Under the pieces are notes generated by a model. That model saw only the letters and a program-made list of their open reading frames with translations. It was not told the DNA's origin and did no database searches. Position numbers and translations under genes: made by a program. Of a DNA stretch of 64,000 bases, positions 61,160 to 64,000 are shown in pieces. The number at the start of each line of letters is the position of its first letter. The first letter of the stretch is position 1. The stretch comes from an uncultured Chloroflexia bacterium (GTDB taxonomy: Bacteria > Chloroflexota > Limnocylindria > Limnocylindrales > CSP1-4): positions 192,001 to 256,000 of the forward strand of contig CAVXPZ010000001.1 in NCBI GenBank assembly GCA_963763775.1, in the 5' to 3' direction.

Positions 61160-62929
61160 TCAGCCGGCGGCGGCCCCTCGGGAACCGGGGGTGCCGTCGG
61201 CCGGCGCGGCCGGCGCGATCAAATCCTTCGGGCGGTGCGAGACGATCTCGGACGGCTGGAGCTCGACCGATGCCGACCCCTCCGCGGCCATCGCCGTCGA
61301 CCCGGTCGTCGGCGTCATCGGCTGGATCGGCGACCCGGCCGTGGGCATCGACTTGGGTCGGGGCGCCCGTCGCGCGGTCGCGCGCGCCGCGCCAGCCGGG
61401 ATGACGATCTGGCTCGGCGCCGGCGTCTCGTGCTGGGTCATCGCGAGCACCGTCGGATCCGGTGTCGGGGCCCGCGACGCGTACAGGTCGCAGAAGAGGT
61501 TGACGAGGTCCGGGTCGAACTGCGTGCCCGCGTGTCGCCGCAGCTCGGCGATCGCCTGGTCGTGGGAGATCGCGCGCTTGTACGGCCGGTCGTTGATCAT
61601 CGCGTCGTAGGCGTCGGCGATGGCCACGATCCGGGCGCCGAGCGGGATCTCGTTCGCGCGCAGGCCGTACGGGTAGCCATGCCCCGCGTACCGCTCATGG
61701 TGGTGGAGGATGATCGGCACGGCGTCCTTGAGCGCGGCCGCCTGCTCGAGGATGACCTGGCCGATCCGCGGATGCTGGACGACCGACCGCCACTCGCCGG
61801 TCGACAGGGCCGCGGGCTTCTCGAGGATCTCCTCCGGGATCGCCACCTTGCCGACGTCGTGCAGCAGCGCCGCGAGCTGGATCCGGTCGATCTCGGCCTC
61901 CGGCAGCTGCAGCTGGCGTGCCAGGTCGACCACGATCGTCGCGATGAGGGCGGACGGCTGCCCGCGATAGTGGGGCAGGGGATTGATGTACGACGCCAGC
62001 GCCGCCGTGGCGGCCAGGCGCGCCTGCCGGCCGATCTCCATCGCCCGCGCGCGGCCCGCGTTGGAGATCGGGGCCCGCGGGACGCGGGCGTCGTCGTCAG
62101 GTTCCGCGAAGATGTACGTCTGGTTCCGGCCGAGCGACTTGGCGGAGTACATGGCGGCGTCGGCGTCGCGCACGAGCGTGTCCACGCGAAGCTTCTGCCC
62201 CGCGCCGCCGGCGATCCCGATCGAGATGGTCACCGAGAGGTCGGGGTTGCCATCGATCGAGAAGCGCTGCTTCTGGACGAGCTGGCGGAGCTTCTCGGTG
62301 AGGACCGCGCCCTCCTCGACGTCGGTCTCGGTGAGGATCAGCATGAACTCCTCGCCGCCGTACCGGCCGATCATGTCGGACGCGCGCAGGTTCGCCCCGA
62401 GGGCCTGGGCGACGCCGCGCAGGACGATGTCACCGGCGGCGTGGCCATAGGAGTCGTTGACGGCCTTGAAGTGGTCGATGTCGACGAAGGCCACCGACAA
62501 GGGTCGCTCGTAGCGGCCGGCGCGCTCGACCTCGGCGAACAGCGACGCGAGGAGCGCGCTCCGGTTCGCGACGCCGGTCAGGCGGTCGAAGGTGGCCTCG
62601 TCGTGGGTCTCCGAGAGCCGGAGCGAGATCCCGTTGATGGCCCGGGCGAGCCGCCCGTCGAGCCCGGTGGCGCCGGCCGTCACGGACACGGAGTAGTCGC
62701 CGCTCGCGAGCCGTTCGGCGGCCTTGACGAGTCGGCCGAATCGCCAGCGCACCATGAGGTACACGCACGCCGTGGTCAGGGCGACCGCGATGGTCGCCGC
62801 GGCGATCGCGGCGATGACCGATCGACTGACCTCGTCGATCCATTCCGCGGCCAGCGCTGGCTGGGAGACGAACAGGATCCCGAGTGCGACCGGAGCCGCA
62901 AGCGCCAGGACCCCAAGCAGGCGCATCAC
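61160..62929 (-). CDS. Membrane HAMP-GGDEF-HD-GYP c-di-GMP signalling protein
   Basis: Two TM helices, HAMP-like segment, DIDHFKAVND, RASD I-site plus GGEEF, LLHDVGK, HHERYAGHGYP, IADAYDAM. Confidence 0.92.
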   Translation of the reverse strand: MMRLLGVLALAAPVALGILFVSQPALAAEWIDEVSRSVIAAIAAATIAVALTTACVYLMVRWRFGRLVKAAERLASGDYSVSVTAGATGLDGRLARAINGISLRLSETHDEATFDRLTGVANRSALLASLFAEVERAGRYERPLSVAFVDIDHFKAVNDSYGHAAGDIVLRGVAQALGANLRASDMIGRYGGEEFMLILTETDVEEGAVLTEKLRQLVQKQRFSIDGNPDLSVTISIGIAGGAGQKLRVDTLVRDADAAMYSAKSLGRNQTYIFAEPDDDARVPRAPISNAGRARAMEIGRQARLAATAALASYINPLPHYRGQPSALIATIVVDLARQLQLPEAEIDRIQLAALLHDVGKVAIPEEILEKPAALSTGEWRSVVQHPRIGQVILEQAAALKDAVPIILHHHERYAGHGYPYGLRANEIPLGARIVAIADAYDAMINDRPYKRAISHDQAIAELRRHAGTQFDPDLVNLFCDLYASRAPTPDPTVLAMTQHETPAPSQIVIPAGAARATARRAPRPKSMPTAGSPIQPMTPTTGSTAMAAEGSASVELQPSEIVSHRPKDLIAPAAPADGTPGSRGAAAG

Positions 62930-63054
62930 CGGTCAAGGCTAGTCGCGAGGGTCCGGGAAACGGTCCGGTCGGAGGTACCGGTCACCGCTCGCCGGTGGTA
63001 CGGCCGGTGCGGCCACGCCACGGTCCGGGCGGCCCGCTCGCGACCGAGGACCCC

Positions 63055-63063
63055 TGCTATACT
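63055..63063 (+). promoter_or_regulatory. Extended -10 promoter element upstream of the purA leader
   Basis: TGCTATACT (TGnTATACT). Confidence 0.6.
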
Positions 63064-63227
63064 CCCCCGGTCCTCGTCCGCAGCGGGTCATCGGGGCGAT
63101 GGTCCGTGAACCAGGAGGTCAGCGATCGCGCTTGAAGGGCGCATCGGCCGCCCCGTGAGGCGACCGAGCGACCGCACGACGGCGATCCGCCGAGACATCG
63201 GCGGCGCGACGCGGGAGATGTCTATCC

Positions 63228-63257
63228 AAGTCCCCGGCCATCGGACCGGGGTCTTTT
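63228..63257 (+). terminator. Intrinsic terminator-like hairpin in the purA leader
   Basis: AAG-t-CCCCGG-ccatcgga-CCGGGG-TCTTTT, 22 nt before the purA ATG. Confidence 0.6.
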
Positions 63258-63279
63258 CATGCGTGCGGGGTTCGCGCTG

Positions 63280-64000
63280 ATGCCGGCCACGGTGATCGTC
63301 GGCCTCCAGTGGGGCGACGAGGGGAAGGGCAAGACCACCGACTTCCTGGCAGAACAGGTGGCGATGGTCGTCCGCTACCAGGGCGGCGACAACGCCGGCC
63401 ACACGGTCGTGAGCGGCGACGAGGTCCTGAAGCTGCGGCTGACGCCGTCCGGCGTGCTCTACCCGCACATCACCTCGGTGATCGGCAACGGCGTCGTCGT
63501 CAACCCGGTCACCCTCATCACCGAGTTCGACATGCTCGCGTCGCGCGGGATCGACGTGAGTCGCGTCCGGGTCAGCCGCAGTGCGCACGTGATCATGCCG
63601 TACCACATCGCCCTTGACCGGGCGAACGAGGCACGCCTCGACGGCGCCAAGGTCGGTACCACCGGCCGGGGCATCGGCCCCACGTATGGGGACCGAGCCT
63701 GGCGGCTCGGCCTGCGCATGGAGGACCTCCTCGACCGCGCCGTCCTCCGTGAGCGCATCGGCCGCGCCCTTCCGGACAAGAACCTGCTCCTGGCCTCCAT
63801 GGGCGGCGATCCCTTCGACGTGGACGCGCTCGTCGAGGAGGCGGCCGGCTGGGGCGAGCGCCTGCGCGACCATCTCGACGACACGACATGGCTCGTCCAG
63901 GCCGCCCTCGGCGCGCGGCGAGCACGTCCTCCTCGAGGGCGCCCAGGGCACGCTCCTCGACCTCGATCACGGGAGCTACCCGTTCGTCACGTCGTCCAAC
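63280..64000 (+). CDS. purA: Adenylosuccinate synthetase (partial; indel near 63911)
   Basis: Manual translation [40 protein letters not shown], then [20 protein letters not shown]. Confidence 0.96.
   Translation, partial: MPATVIVGLQWGDEGKGKTTDFLAEQVAMVVRYQGGDNAGHTVVSGDEVLKLRLTPSGVLYPHITSVIGNGVVVNPVTLITEFDMLASRGIDVSRVRVSRSAHVIMPYHIALDRANEARLDGAKVGTTGRGIGPTYGDRAWRLGLRMEDLLDRAVLRERIGRALPDKNLLLASMGGDPFDVDALVEEAAGWGERLRDHLDDTTWLVQAALGARRARPPRGRPGHAPRPRSRELPVRHVVQ

Noticed and set aside
63083-63145. Resemblance of the purA leader to SRP RNA or SAM-I (GTGAACC segment)
   Set aside because: Lacks the SRP domain IV CAGG..GGAA..AGCAG core and the SAM-I AUC/GCAACC/GAU signature.

Overview
High-GC bacterial chromosomal segment made almost entirely of core genes. 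Gene content and protein styles tentatively suggest Chloroflexota (inference only). Left to right: TCA genes (sucD, sucC, icd, sdhCDAB) interrupted by an ECF sigma/anti-sigma pair; rnhA; RNase P RNA; small Cys-rich and LysM proteins; a dcw cluster (mraZ, rsmH, an unknown small ORF, ftsL, ftsI, murF, mraY, murD, ftsW, murG, murB, ddl, ftsQ, DUF1290, ftsA, yjbQ, ftsZ, yggS, yggU; no murE or murC); tRNA-Val(CAC); a formylglycine-generating enzyme; acnA; a DUF2520 protein; a NUDIX hydrolase; gcvT-H-PA-PB; two convergent peptide ABC operons; a split glutamine-dependent NAD synthetase; rsmI; a Ca2+/H+ antiporter; an atypical ssb; a secreted M1 peptidase; a HAMP-GGDEF-HD-GYP protein; and the start of purA. 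I found no mobile element, CRISPR array or defence system. Many genes, including essential ones, carry small indels typical of long-read error, densest at about 43.8-47.3 kb. The best leads are a ~210-nt structured, terminator-ended purA leader matching no riboswitch I recognise, a circularly permuted DppA-type binding protein, an unknown 65-aa ORF inside the dcw cluster, and several Cys-rich or domain-inserted proteins. All calls come from reading motifs by eye; no searches were run, and I cannot confirm a wholly new system.
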